From NCBI GenBank assembly GCA_051653405.1, contig JBOFWC010000062.1:1439-65438 (forward strand): a DNA stretch of 64,000 bases, given 5' to 3'. The DNA comes from Proteocatella sp. (GTDB lineage Bacteria; Bacillota; Clostridia; Peptostreptococcales; Filifactoraceae). How positions within the stretch are numbered: position 1 is the stretch's first letter; every line of letters begins with the position of its first letter. The position numbers and the translations under genes are program-made. The notes beneath the pieces are model-generated. The model was not told the origin of the DNA. It worked only from the letters and a program-made list of their open reading frames with translations, and did no database searches. Of this stretch, positions 26,758 through 36,640 are shown piece after piece.

Positions 26758-27376
26758 TTTTAATACCCAATTTCTCAAACAGTTTATTTAATGATTCCAT
26801 TTCCGGTACTAATATCAAGTTGCCGCCTATTTCTTGATCATCGCAGATCAAACTTCCTCCTATCGTCATTATTTTATCTGTTTCATACCCAAATTCTATC
26901 ATCGGTACACTTAAAATTCCACCTAACATATTTGTTGATATTCCTGGAACTGAGAGTTTAACACTTATTCCAACTAAGCTAGTAAGTGAATTTATGTAAG
27001 AAGATATGATTATATTCCCAATTTCTATAAGTGCTGATGTCTCCATCTCTCCAATCTGTGAATAATCATCAATTTCTTCTGACATTAAATTCTTTAAAAT
27101 TACATTAATAAATGTAAGATCTTGGATATATAGCATCAACCCATTTATATCCCCTGTAATCCTAGTAAGTACCCCTACTACGATTTTTTCTGGTCCTCCA
27201 AGTTTGTATACAGCATCATTATATCCTAGTATGGATACATCTGGCTGTGTCATTTGAATTCTTCTAGAAAGCATGGAAGCAAGTGCTGTTGCTGCATTTC
27301 CTATACCGATACTCCCGATTTCTCTAAGAACATCGATTCCCATACTATCAATTTGTTCGTAATTGGTTATTCTCAA
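26747..27376 (-). CDS. cheC: CheY-P phosphatase CheC
   Basis: DVLREIGSIGIGNAATALASML and a second ALIEIGNIIISSY repeat, typical of CheC. TTG start after GGGAGG. Confidence 0.85.
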   Translation of the reverse strand: MRITNYEQIDSMGIDVLREIGSIGIGNAATALASMLSRRIQMTQPDVSILGYNDAVYKLGGPEKIVVGVLTRITGDINGLMLYIQDLTFINVILKNLMSEEIDDYSQIGEMETSALIEIGNIIISSYINSLTSLVGISVKLSVPGISTNMLGGILSVPMIEFGYETDKIMTIGGSLICDDQEIGGNLILVPEMESLNKLFEKLGIKNGE

Positions 27377-27395
27377 GTTAAACCTCCCTTATTAA

Positions 27396-28115
27396 TTATC
27401 TAAGTGAATTTACCATTCCTGTAATTTCATCTGATGTCTGTATCATTTTTATGGCAAATTGATATGCTCTTTGGGTTTCAACTATTTTTGACATTTCTCT
27501 AGCTAAATCCACATTTGACATTTCAACTGAACCTCTCTCAAGTATTTCTCCTTCTAAAACTAACTCTGGTGTCCCATTTTTAGGTGTGGGTTTGAATTTC
27601 CCATCTCCCAAACTCTCCATACCATTTAATATTTGAAATGTAAACACCCCTATATCCGGCAACTCCTCTGCATTTGCAATTACTATAGGTTCCTGATTAG
27701 AATCTAGAACATAATAGCCTTCTTTGCTAACTAAATTAAAATTATCTCCATCAAAATCTACCGGTTGAGACATCATAAAACTTCCATCTCTAGTATAAAA
27801 AACTTCTCTTGTAACCGGACTTTGAACTGCAAAATACCCAGCACCTCTAATTGCATAGTCTAAATTACTTCCTGTATTGCTCAGTTGCCCCTGACTAAAA
27901 TCAGTTTCTGTTTGATCTACTTTAATTCCAGTTCCTGACTTTAAGCTTCTTGACTGTTGCGCTTCATTTATATTATTGTATATTAGATTTGAAAATACTG
28001 AGTTTTTTGTTTTGTATCCATCTGTATTTATATTGGCTAAATTGTTCGATATTATATCAAGTCTAGATTGATGCATTCCTGCACCAACTGATGCCGTATA
28101 AAAAGATTGATTCAT
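27396..28115 (-). CDS. flgG: Flagellar basal-body rod protein (FlgG/FlhP-like)
   Basis: ISNNLANINTDGYK N-terminal rod motif and C-terminal VDLAREMSKIVETQRAYQ. Confidence 0.85.
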   Translation of the reverse strand: MNQSFYTASVGAGMHQSRLDIISNNLANINTDGYKTKNSVFSNLIYNNINEAQQSRSLKSGTGIKVDQTETDFSQGQLSNTGSNLDYAIRGAGYFAVQSPVTREVFYTRDGSFMMSQPVDFDGDNFNLVSKEGYYVLDSNQEPIVIANAEELPDIGVFTFQILNGMESLGDGKFKPTPKNGTPELVLEGEILERGSVEMSNVDLAREMSKIVETQRAYQFAIKMIQTSDEITGMVNSLR

Positions 28116-28125
28116 ATTTTACCTC

Positions 28126-28872
28126 CTATACTCTTCCTATTTCTGTAGTAGATTTCTCCATCAGTCTGTCGTACATCTTTAAAATTTGAGAGGCACTTTG
28201 TATAGCTCTTTGACTTCTCATCATAAGCGTCATCTCATCTACCATAGATACATTTGCACGTTCTAATGCCCCCTGAAGAATTCCGCCATCTACTTCTACT
28301 GGATTATTCCCTACTATATGTCCTTCTCTATTTTTATTTATCTGATCATAATTTCCAAAATTTACCACTCTTATATCATCTATATAATTTCCTGCACTAT
28401 CTGTTATCGAGCCAGCGGAATCTATTGCGATATCTTCTGTAGTTAAAAGTATAGGTCCACCTGATTTTCCCACAACTCGCCCTACTCCTGGAAGCGTCAA
28501 GTAACCCTCATTATCAGTTATAAACGATCCATTTCTTGTATAAATATTTCCATTTCTTGTTTGAATCTCAAAAAAACCAGGATTCCTTAAAGCTACATGA
28601 AGCATATTGCCAGTCTGTTCAAATCCCCCTTGAGAAAAATTTGTTATAGTTTCTTCTGCTGTCACTATCATCGATGTCGTGTTAAGTTCTGTCTTATTGC
28701 TTCTATCCGTATTCCCTGTTCTTGCAAGCATTTGCTCTTTAAATGTAGTTGCTGTCATTGTATCTTTTTTAAAACCTGGCGTTGATACATTGACCATATT
28801 ATTACTTACTACATCTAAGTTTCTATTCTGGGTTATCATCGAAGATGATAGATTGTAAAATCCTTTTAACAT
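28126..28872 (-). CDS. flgF: Flagellar basal-body rod protein (FlgF/FlhO-like)
   Basis: VVSNNMVNVSTPGFKK N-terminal rod motif and C-terminal VDEMTLMMRSQRAIQ. Confidence 0.8.
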   Translation of the reverse strand: MLKGFYNLSSSMITQNRNLDVVSNNMVNVSTPGFKKDTMTATTFKEQMLARTGNTDRSNKTELNTTSMIVTAEETITNFSQGGFEQTGNMLHVALRNPGFFEIQTRNGNIYTRNGSFITDNEGYLTLPGVGRVVGKSGGPILLTTEDIAIDSAGSITDSAGNYIDDIRVVNFGNYDQINKNREGHIVGNNPVEVDGGILQGALERANVSMVDEMTLMMRSQRAIQSASQILKMYDRLMEKSTTEIGRV

Positions 28873-28892
28873 ATTAATCCCTTTCAGTAAAA

Positions 28893-29669
28893 CTATAGCA
28901 TAAATTTTTTCATCTCTTGTCTAAGTTTCTTTATTGCATTCGCATGGATTTGTGAAATTCTTGGTTCACTAACATTTAGGTCTTCCGCTATTTCTCGCAT
29001 ATTTTTGTTTTTATGATAATACATTATAATAACTTGTCTTTCTCTATCCCTCAATATATCTAAACAATGCTTAAGCACTTTCTCCATTTCATCATTTAAT
29101 AGGATATTTTCTGGAGAATACTCTATGTCCGCTGGAGGAATTTTTGAAGCTTTTCTATTATCTCCTGTATCTTCAGTTATAAGCTCTAATGACAATACTC
29201 CAAAAAAATTACTTTTAGAAACCTTTTCTCTATATTGATCTATTGTTATGCCAAGATGGTTTGCAATATCATTTTCTGAAGGCATACGCCCATTTACTGC
29301 ATAGAGTTGATTTATTGCTTCACTTATTTCTTTTGCTGATTTTCTAATGCTTCTAGGTACCCAGTCTTGTTTTCTAGCCATATCTATTATAAGCCCTTTG
29401 ATTCTTTTGTTTATGTAAGTGTCAAACTTAACATTCTTTTCTAAATCAAACTTGTCTATGGCCTTCATAAGTGCAATCACACCTTCATTAACAATATCTT
29501 CAGTTTGTGCAAATCCAGAATATACATCTTTCATCTTTATTGCAATTTTTCTTACAACTGGCACATATCTAAGCACAATTTCCTGCTTTATTACATGATC
29601 ATGAGTTTCTTTATATTCTGCCAGTAATTCTTCACTGCTTTTAGATTCAATATCTCTGTAAAAAGTCAT
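28893..29669 (-). CDS. sigD: Flagellar sigma factor SigD/FliA (sigma-28)
   Basis: Sigma-70 regions 2, 3 and 4 (LRYVPVVRKIAIKM..., GVIALMKAIDKFD, MREIAEDLNVSEPRISQIHANAIKKLR). 258 aa, located after flhA. Confidence 0.9.
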   Translation of the reverse strand: MTFYRDIESKSSEELLAEYKETHDHVIKQEIVLRYVPVVRKIAIKMKDVYSGFAQTEDIVNEGVIALMKAIDKFDLEKNVKFDTYINKRIKGLIIDMARKQDWVPRSIRKSAKEISEAINQLYAVNGRMPSENDIANHLGITIDQYREKVSKSNFFGVLSLELITEDTGDNRKASKIPPADIEYSPENILLNDEMEKVLKHCLDILRDRERQVIIMYYHKNKNMREIAEDLNVSEPRISQIHANAIKKLRQEMKKFML

Positions 29670-29695
29670 CTTTTACTCCCGATTAATATAATTAT

Positions 29696-31798
29696 CTATG
29701 CACTTATATTCCCAATTGATTGTATTTGAACATTGTTTGCAATTTCATTGAACGAAATTACATAGATATTTGGAAAAAATTGTTCTATAAGCCTATAAAA
29801 ATAAACTCTTACTACATGACTTGTAAGTATTATTGGTCTCTGTGCTAATTCATTGAAGACCTTCATATGTTCTGAAAGCTGCATTATTATTTTTTGCATT
29901 ACATCTGGGCTAAGCGCTAGATATATTCCATTCTCACTTCTTGCCAAACTATTTACTATAGTCTTTTCTAAATCTGCATCCAGTGTAACTACCTTTAGCT
30001 GACCATTTTCACAAAATCTTCTTGTAATAGTACGCTTAAGTGCAACTCTTATATTTTCTGTAATAGTGTCTATATCTCTACTAGTAGCCGTGGTATCTAT
30101 TATGCTTTCAAGTATTGTAGATATATCTTTTATAGGCACACCTTCCTTTAGTAAATTGGATAATATTTTTTGAAAGTTAGCATAGCTTATGATATCTGGA
30201 AAAGCCTCTTCCACAAGTTCTGGAATCTGTTGCTTGGTGTTTTCTACAAGCTGCATAACCTCAGCTCTTCCCAAAAGCTCATATGCATGTTTTTTTACTG
30301 TCTCTGACAAATGGGTAAGCATAACTGAAAGTGGATCTATTACTGTATATCCATATATTTCAGCAATTTCCTTTTTATCTGGAGTTATCCATTTACTTGG
30401 TATCCCATAAGCTGGTTCTATAGTTTCTATACCATCAACATCACCTGATGGTTTTGAGGGCTCAAGTGCAAGATAGTAGTCTACAAGCAACTCCCCTTTT
30501 GCAATTTCTTCACCTTTTATCTTTATCGTATATTGATTTGTGCTTATATTTGAGCTGTCTCTAAGTCTTATGGATGGAATTACAAATCCCATTTCCTGTG
30601 CATATTGTCTTCTAAATATAACTATACGACTTATAAGGTTTCCTCCACTCGCTTCATCCACAAGTGGTATAAGACTATATCCAAATTCCATTTCTATCGG
30701 CTCTACTGTAAGTAGCTGATATATATTATTTACATCTTTATAATACTCATTTTCGTCTATGGCCTGTTCTACGGGAACCCCTTCTGGTAATCCCCCTACA
30801 GCTGTCCCCCCTGCTAATGAAGCATCTTGAATTCCACCTTCAGTTGCAAGCATATTCTCCTTCATCGTTTTAGCACTATTATATCCAAGCCCTAAAAGCA
30901 TAGATGATATGATTATAAGCTGTAAATGTGGCATTCCTGGAGCAATTGCAAGTGCTCCAAGTAACCCTCCAGCTGTCATAAGCGCTTGTGGCTGTGCTAA
31001 AAATTGTTTCGATACGTCTTTATTTAAGCTTCCTTCAGAAACTGCCCTTGTAACTATCATTCCAGTTGCTACTGATATTAAAAGTGCTGGAATCTGAGAT
31101 ACCAAACCATCTCCAATAGTTGCAATTGAATATACCTGTAAAACTTCTCCAAAGGCCATACTTGACTGAACTATACCAATTATGGTTCCTGCTATAAAGT
31201 TTATCATAGTTATAAGTATGGACATTACCGCATCACCTTTTACTATCTTAGTGGCTCCATCCATCGCTCCATAAAAGTCTGCTTCTTTTTGAATCTTGTA
31301 TCGTCTTCCTCTTGCCTCTTGTTCATCTATAAGTCCTGAGCTTAAGTCCGCATCTATTGCCATCTGCTTCCCTGGCATTGCGTCTAGTGTAAATCTTGCT
31401 GCAACTTCTGCTACCCTCTCAGCACCTTTTGTAATTACTATAAATTGAACCAATACTATAATTAAAAATATTATAACCCCTACAATTATATTCCCCTGAA
31501 GTACAAATGTACCAAATGCCTTTATTACTTCTCCTGCTTCTCCTTGTTTTGTTAATATAAGTCTAGTTGAGGATATATTAAGTCCAAGTCTGAAAAGCGT
31601 AGTTATTAAAAGTAGAGAAGGGAATATGGAAAATTCTAGTGATTCTTTTATATTCATACTTATTAATAAAATTACAAGTGATACCGATATGTTTAATATA
31701 AACATAACATCCAGAATAAACGGACTAAGCGGTATTACAAGTAATAAAACTATCACTATTACGAATAGGGATACAGCGTTGTTTAAAAGTAGTTTCAT
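29696..31798 (-). CDS. flhA: Flagellar export gate protein FlhA
   Basis: FPSLLLITTLFRLGLNISSTRLIL, AMPGKQMAIDADL and FVLPSIR-type motifs. The ATG at 31798 is preferred (GGAGA upstream) over the GTG at 31816. Confidence 0.95.
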   Translation of the reverse strand: MKLLLNNAVSLFVIVIVLLLVIPLSPFILDVMFILNISVSLVILLISMNIKESLEFSIFPSLLLITTLFRLGLNISSTRLILTKQGEAGEVIKAFGTFVLQGNIIVGVIIFLIIVLVQFIVITKGAERVAEVAARFTLDAMPGKQMAIDADLSSGLIDEQEARGRRYKIQKEADFYGAMDGATKIVKGDAVMSILITMINFIAGTIIGIVQSSMAFGEVLQVYSIATIGDGLVSQIPALLISVATGMIVTRAVSEGSLNKDVSKQFLAQPQALMTAGGLLGALAIAPGMPHLQLIIISSMLLGLGYNSAKTMKENMLATEGGIQDASLAGGTAVGGLPEGVPVEQAIDENEYYKDVNNIYQLLTVEPIEMEFGYSLIPLVDEASGGNLISRIVIFRRQYAQEMGFVIPSIRLRDSSNISTNQYTIKIKGEEIAKGELLVDYYLALEPSKPSGDVDGIETIEPAYGIPSKWITPDKKEIAEIYGYTVIDPLSVMLTHLSETVKKHAYELLGRAEVMQLVENTKQQIPELVEEAFPDIISYANFQKILSNLLKEGVPIKDISTILESIIDTTATSRDIDTITENIRVALKRTITRRFCENGQLKVVTLDADLEKTIVNSLARSENGIYLALSPDVMQKIIMQLSEHMKVFNELAQRPIILTSHVVRVYFYRLIEQFFPNIYVISFNEIANNVQIQSIGNISA

Positions 31799-31852
31799 AT
31801 CTATTTCTTTCTCCACTATGCTCTATATAATGGTGTTACCCTTATTGTCTAT

Positions 31853-32920
31853 CTAAAATTTAAATTCCTTATTGTTTAATTTGTAAATATATACTAAAAT
31901 TTCTGCTATTTCTCCGTAAAATTCTGCCGGTATTGCCCTATCCAACTCTGTAGTTGAATATAGACTTCTCGCTAAAGGCTTATTTTCGATTACAGAAACA
32001 TTGTTTTCTTCAGCTGTTTTTATTATTCTAAGCGCAAGTTCATCTTGACCCTTAGCTACTAATATAGGCGCCTCATCTTTTTCTATATCATAACGCAAAG
32101 CAACTGCATAATGCGTAGGGTTTTTTATTACTACATCCGCACTTGGAACTGCTTGCATCATTCTAGACATAGCTCTCTGCCTTTGAATCTCTTTTATCTT
32201 TCCTTTTATTTGAGGATTTCCCTCCATTTGTTTGTATTCTTCTTTAACATCATGCTTTGACATTTTTATTTGACGTTCATAATCCCACCACTGATAAAAA
32301 TAGTCTATTGCTGCAATTGCTGCAAATGCTATACTTACATTAAAAACCATATCTATTACAGATTCTAACATAAATTTACTTGAATACATTATTCCCATAT
32401 CTAAAGTTCTACTAAATAATACAAATCTTTTTTGTATAAATTTATATAAAACTATTAACAGTATGGTTATTTTTATAATTCCTTTTAAAACTTCAACAAT
32501 ACTTTTTAAAGAAAATAATTTTTTTATTCCTTCCAAAGGATTTAATCTGCTGAATTTAGGTCTTAAGCTTTCTGTAGAAAATAATAATCTAGTTTGAGCT
32601 AATGTAACGATTACTCCTATTAACATTGCTATAACAATTATCGGAATAGCTGCTCTTATAAAAGCATCTAAGGAAGTAACTGCAATTTCTTTAACAAAGC
32701 TATCCGTTATTTCAGTTCTATTTGAGGCATATCCCATGTATGTTAACATAAAGGCTTTTACCGTTTTATAAATCCCTGGGAAAAGCAGTTTAAGTGAATA
32801 AAAAATTCCTAATATGGATACAAGCGAGGTCACATCTTTACTTGTAAAAATATTCCCTTTCTTCCGCTCGTCTTTTCGTTTCTTGGGGGTGGCTTTTTCC
32901 GTCTTAGAATCCCCTGCCAA
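31853..32920 (-). CDS. flhB: Flagellar export protein FlhB
   Basis: GDSKTEKATPKKRKDERKKGN at the N-terminus and the NPTHYAVAL autocleavage site. Confidence 0.95.
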   Translation of the reverse strand: MAGDSKTEKATPKKRKDERKKGNIFTSKDVTSLVSILGIFYSLKLLFPGIYKTVKAFMLTYMGYASNRTEITDSFVKEIAVTSLDAFIRAAIPIIVIAMLIGVIVTLAQTRLLFSTESLRPKFSRLNPLEGIKKLFSLKSIVEVLKGIIKITILLIVLYKFIQKRFVLFSRTLDMGIMYSSKFMLESVIDMVFNVSIAFAAIAAIDYFYQWWDYERQIKMSKHDVKEEYKQMEGNPQIKGKIKEIQRQRAMSRMMQAVPSADVVIKNPTHYAVALRYDIEKDEAPILVAKGQDELALRIIKTAEENNVSVIENKPLARSLYSTTELDRAIPAEFYGEIAEILVYIYKLNNKEFKF

Positions 32921-32948
32921 ATCATTTCACTTCCTTCTATATAACAGT

Positions 32949-33713
32949 TTATTGCATCAATAACGCTAGCTCTCTTATTGAATTTATCATATAAATTACT
33001 GCATTATTTAAAAAATCCCCAATAGGTGAAAACATAAACACTAAAATCACCATAGCAATTAATATTTTAGCCTGTATATTTACTACAAAGACATTTATTT
33101 GCGGAATTGCTTTCATAAGGATTCCTACACCTGCTTCTGTTAAAAATATTATTATAATTATTGGAAATGCAAGTTGTATCGCTAGTACAGTAAAATCAGA
33201 AAACGTCTTTAGTAAAAAAGAGGCTATATTAGCAGTAAATTCAAATGATCCATATGGAACTATATCTGCGATTTCTATAAATATCCTTATAAGTGCCAAA
33301 TGGGCATCTACTGCAAAAAATATGAGCATACACAATATATTGAATAAATTTCCTGTAAGTGGCATTTGAACATTATTTTGAGGATCATATATCGTTGACA
33401 TAGAAAGTCCTACCTGAAAATCTATAAACCCACCTGCATAAACGCACATATATGTTATCATTTGCATAATATAACCTATACAATAACCAATCATAAGCTC
33501 TTTTAACAATAAGAGCATATATTCCATTGGTCCAGTAATTCTAACGCTTTGAACTGGGCTATATACAAATAATAGAAAGCTCAGTGCCATTATAAATCCA
33601 GATTTTACTATTGGAGGCAAATTTCTTCGTCCTAAAATAGGATTTAAAAGAATAAACCCTGTACATCTAATAAAAATCAAGGTCCATAGAAGCAGCTGTT
33701 CTTCGTTTATCAT
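32949..33713 (-). CDS. fliR: Flagellar export protein FliR
   Basis: Polytopic membrane protein in the conserved fliP-fliQ-fliR-flhB order. Confidence 0.9.
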   Translation of the reverse strand: MINEEQLLLWTLIFIRCTGFILLNPILGRRNLPPIVKSGFIMALSFLLFVYSPVQSVRITGPMEYMLLLLKELMIGYCIGYIMQMITYMCVYAGGFIDFQVGLSMSTIYDPQNNVQMPLTGNLFNILCMLIFFAVDAHLALIRIFIEIADIVPYGSFEFTANIASFLLKTFSDFTVLAIQLAFPIIIIIFLTEAGVGILMKAIPQINVFVVNIQAKILIAMVILVFMFSPIGDFLNNAVIYMINSIRELALLMQ

Positions 33714-33730
33714 ATTTCCTCCAAAGCTTC

Positions 33731-33991
33731 TTATTTTAACATTAACTCAAATATATACTTAAAAAAATCTTGCATCTCTTCAAGCATCACCCCTCCTGTT
33801 AAAAGCATTATTACTGCTATTAAAATCAGTTTAGGTACAAATGTTATAGTCTGCTCATGAATTTGTGTAGCTGCCTGAAATATTGAAATTATTAGTCCTA
33901 CACCCATACTAATTAACAATACGGGGGCAGAAATCTTTGTGGCAACTATAAGCGCTGCCTGCATCAGCATTATAGCTTCTGAGTTTGTCAT
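33731..33991 (-). CDS. fliQ: Flagellar export protein FliQ
   Basis: 86 aa with two TM helices. ISIFQAATQIHEQTITFVPK is the FliQ signature. Confidence 0.9.
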   Translation of the reverse strand: MTNSEAIMLMQAALIVATKISAPVLLISMGVGLIISIFQAATQIHEQTITFVPKLILIAVIMLLTGGVMLEEMQDFFKYIFELMLK

Positions 33992-34009
33992 AACCTTCTC
34001 CTTGTTATT

Positions 34010-34666
34010 TTAGTTAAAGCCCTTTATTAATGTACTAAACAACATATTCCAACCATCTATTGTTATGAATAGTAGTAACTTAAACGGAAGTGCAATCATT
34101 GTAGGTGGAAGCATCATCATCCCCATTGACATTAATGTACTTGCAACTATCATATCAATTAATAAAAATGGTATAAATAGAAGAAAACCTATAACAAAAG
34201 CTCGCTTTAATTCAGTTGTCATAAAAGCAGGCACTACAATCTTCATCGGTATAGCTTCTGTATTTTGTGAAATTTTTTCACCTGCAAACTCTGCATACAT
34301 ATTTAAAGTTTCTATTTCCGTCTGCTTAAGCATAAATTTTTTAAGAGGTATTTGAGCTCTTTCAAGTGCTTGAGTTTGAGAAATTTGTTGATTTTTGTAA
34401 GGTGTATATGCAGTCTGATTTATTTCTTCGATAACAGGTGTCATTATAAAAAAGGTTAAAAAAAGCGAAATGCCAATTAAAACCATGTTAGGCGGAAGTT
34501 GTTGCACTCCTATTGCATTTCTTAAAAACGAAAGTACAATTATTATTCTTGTAAAAGAAGTCATCATTACCAATATAGATGGTAATAATGACACTGTTGT
34601 TAATAGGAACAATATCTCAAGAGTCTGTACACCATCTCCATTTACATTTATTAGTGCTTGTCCCAT
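34010..34666 (-). CDS. fliP: Flagellar export protein FliP
   Basis: LLPSILVMMTSFTRIIIVLSFLRNAIG, and a GFLLFIPFLLIDMIVAS-type motif. Confidence 0.95.
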   Translation of the reverse strand: MGQALINVNGDGVQTLEILFLLTTVSLLPSILVMMTSFTRIIIVLSFLRNAIGVQQLPPNMVLIGISLFLTFFIMTPVIEEINQTAYTPYKNQQISQTQALERAQIPLKKFMLKQTEIETLNMYAEFAGEKISQNTEAIPMKIVVPAFMTTELKRAFVIGFLLFIPFLLIDMIVASTLMSMGMMMLPPTMIALPFKLLLFITIDGWNMLFSTLIKGFN

Positions 34667-34691
34667 TACTATAATCCCTCAAATTCTAATG

Positions 34692-35042
34692 TTATTTGTT
34701 TTTTACATTTTTTATTATATCTTTAAACTTTTCTGCTATATCTAAAGTTTCTTTTTTTTCAAACTCAAATTCTTGAATATTTTCTGGGGATAATTCAGCT
34801 ATATTATTTATTCCCCCTGGAGTTATTCCTAATACAAAATATTTCTGTCCAATTTGAGCAATTGATATAGCTTTGTCTTGCCCAACTGCCATAATATCAA
34901 TCATTTTTATATATTTAGATTGATTTTGTTTTATGGCTATGTTTCCAAGATATCTGCTTACTATAAAGGCTAAGTATAATATTCCTAAAAGTATGAGCAG
35001 AGTAACAAACATCGATGAAGTTTCTCCTAAAATGTTGCTCAC
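34692..35042 (-). CDS. fliO: FliO/FliZ-like small membrane protein
   Basis: 116 aa with a single N-terminal TM helix, immediately upstream of fliP. Confidence 0.65.
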   Translation of the reverse strand: MSNILGETSSMFVTLLILLGILYLAFIVSRYLGNIAIKQNQSKYIKMIDIMAVGQDKAISIAQIGQKYFVLGITPGGINNIAELSPENIQEFEFEKKETLDIAEKFKDIIKNVKNK

Positions 35043-35048
35043 TTCCTT

Positions 35049-36131
35049 TTATTTTATTATTTCTGTAATCCTAACTCCAAAATTATCGTTTACAACCACG
35101 ACATCCCCTCTTGCTATGCAGCGCTCATTTGCATATATTTCTACTTGATCCCCTGCAAGTTTATCTAAAACGATAAGTGTTCCCTGCGTAAATTCTATTA
35201 TCTCCTTAACAAGTTTTTTGGTTCTACCTATTTCAACTGAAATTTCAAGAGGTACATCCATAAGGAGTTTTAAATTGTCTTGTGGGATATCTAGTTCCGC
35301 TTCTTTTGCTACAAAAGAACTTGGTATTGGCTGAACTTCCACAACTTTATTCTGAACTGGTTGTGGTGGCGGTGTTGGCGCTGCCACTGGTGGCGGTGTT
35401 GGCGCTGCCACTGGTGGCGGTGTTGGCGCTGCCGCTGGTGGCGGTGTTGGCGCTGCCGCTGGTGGCGGTGTTGGTGCTACCGCTGCTGGAGCCATCTCTA
35501 CTTCTGGCGGTTCTGTAATGCTCATATCAGAAATCATCTCTGGTGGTATCATTCTTGATACAAGCATCTTAACTAATGGTATTGCCATTAAATTGACAAA
35601 TTCACATCTTATAGAGCCTTCTATTGATAAGCTAAATTCTATGCTTACAAAACTCATGTTTGGTTCAAAATATTTTTCTTTAAATTGTTGTGAATTTTCT
35701 ATTTCAAAAGATGTTGGTGTAGTTATATTAACGGACTCTCCTATAAACTCCGACATTGCTGTCGCAGAAGCGCCCATCATTTGATTCATTACCTCGCATA
35801 TTGCACTCACATAGAGTTCGTTCATTGAAAAATCTTCGTCAGCAATTTCACTTCCCATAAGCAGACCAACTATTGTTTTTACATCTGCTTTTTTTATAAT
35901 CATGACGTTATTTCCAGAAAGTCCGTGAGTATAAGTAATTTCAACTGCTATTGCTGGTTCAAGTCTTGTAAACTCAAATTCCTCAAAAGTAACTACTTTG
36001 ACATTTGGAGTAGTTATATCTACCCTTCTATCAAGCATTGTAGCTACAGCTGTTGCAGAGGCTCCCAAACTTATATTTATTATTTCACCTATCGCATCTA
36101 TTTCTATAGAACTTAGATATTCATGGCTCAT
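35049..36131 (-). CDS. fliY: Flagellar switch protein FliY (CheC-like plus FliN domains)
   Basis: N-terminal IDAIGEIINISLGASATAV (CheC-like), a Pro/Ala repeat linker, and a C-terminal FliN/SpoA region (VPLEISVEIGRTKK...LDKLAGDQVEIYANERCIARGDVVVV). Confidence 0.9.
   Translation of the reverse strand: MSHEYLSSIEIDAIGEIINISLGASATAVATMLDRRVDITTPNVKVVTFEEFEFTRLEPAIAVEITYTHGLSGNNVMIIKKADVKTIVGLLMGSEIADEDFSMNELYVSAICEVMNQMMGASATAMSEFIGESVNITTPTSFEIENSQQFKEKYFEPNMSFVSIEFSLSIEGSIRCEFVNLMAIPLVKMLVSRMIPPEMISDMSITEPPEVEMAPAAVAPTPPPAAAPTPPPAAAPTPPPVAAPTPPPVAAPTPPPQPVQNKVVEVQPIPSSFVAKEAELDIPQDNLKLLMDVPLEISVEIGRTKKLVKEIIEFTQGTLIVLDKLAGDQVEIYANERCIARGDVVVVNDNFGVRITEIIK
35365..35484 (-). repeat. Five tandem 24-bp repeats inside fliY
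   Basis: GGTGGCGGTGTTGGCGCTGCC(A/G)CT repeated five times on the plus strand. They encode APTPPP(A/V)A units. Confidence 0.9.
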
Positions 36132-36178
36132 TTCATCCTCCTGCTTTATTTCTTTGAATTCTTTATGTCATTTTGACA

Positions 36179-36619
36179 TTATCGTCCTATTTCCAATGCT
36201 TTGGTCGCCATCATTTTAATTGCATTAAAAGCCGTTATATTTGCATCATAAGACCTTGTAGCCGACATTGCGTCTACTGTTTCCTTTATTAAATCTACAT
36301 TTGGCATAAGCACATATCCGTCTGCATCTGCATCTGGGTGTTCTGGATTATAGACTGCTTTAAATTCTCTCGCATCCTCTACAACTTGAGTTATCTGTAC
36401 TCCACCCTTTGCTGAAGCTTCCTTTGCTCTTTTGCTCAAAACACTTCTAAAACTATTTTCTTCGATGGGCTGAAAAACAACCATCTTTCTTCTGTATGGC
36501 CCTCCGCCTTCAGTTCTTGTTGTTTCTATATTAGATATATTTTCTGATATTATATCTAGTCTTTGTTTTTGTGCCGTAAGTCCAGATGCACTTATATTCA
36601 TAGAACTTAAAAAAGACAT
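36179..36619 (-). CDS. flgC: Flagellar basal-body rod protein FlgC (in a non-canonical position)
   Basis: [51 protein letters not shown]...[54 protein letters not shown] is the FlgC signature throughout. Confidence 0.9.
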   Translation of the reverse strand: [146 protein letters not shown]

Positions 36620-36640
36620 CTATACCTCCTTTTTATATTT

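Noticed and set aside
35282-35558. Plus-strand ORFs translating as LALPLVAV... and WWRCWRC... repeats
   Set aside because: These are artefacts of reading the fliY 24-bp tandem repeats on the opposite strand. The minus-strand frame is a continuous, recognisable FliY.
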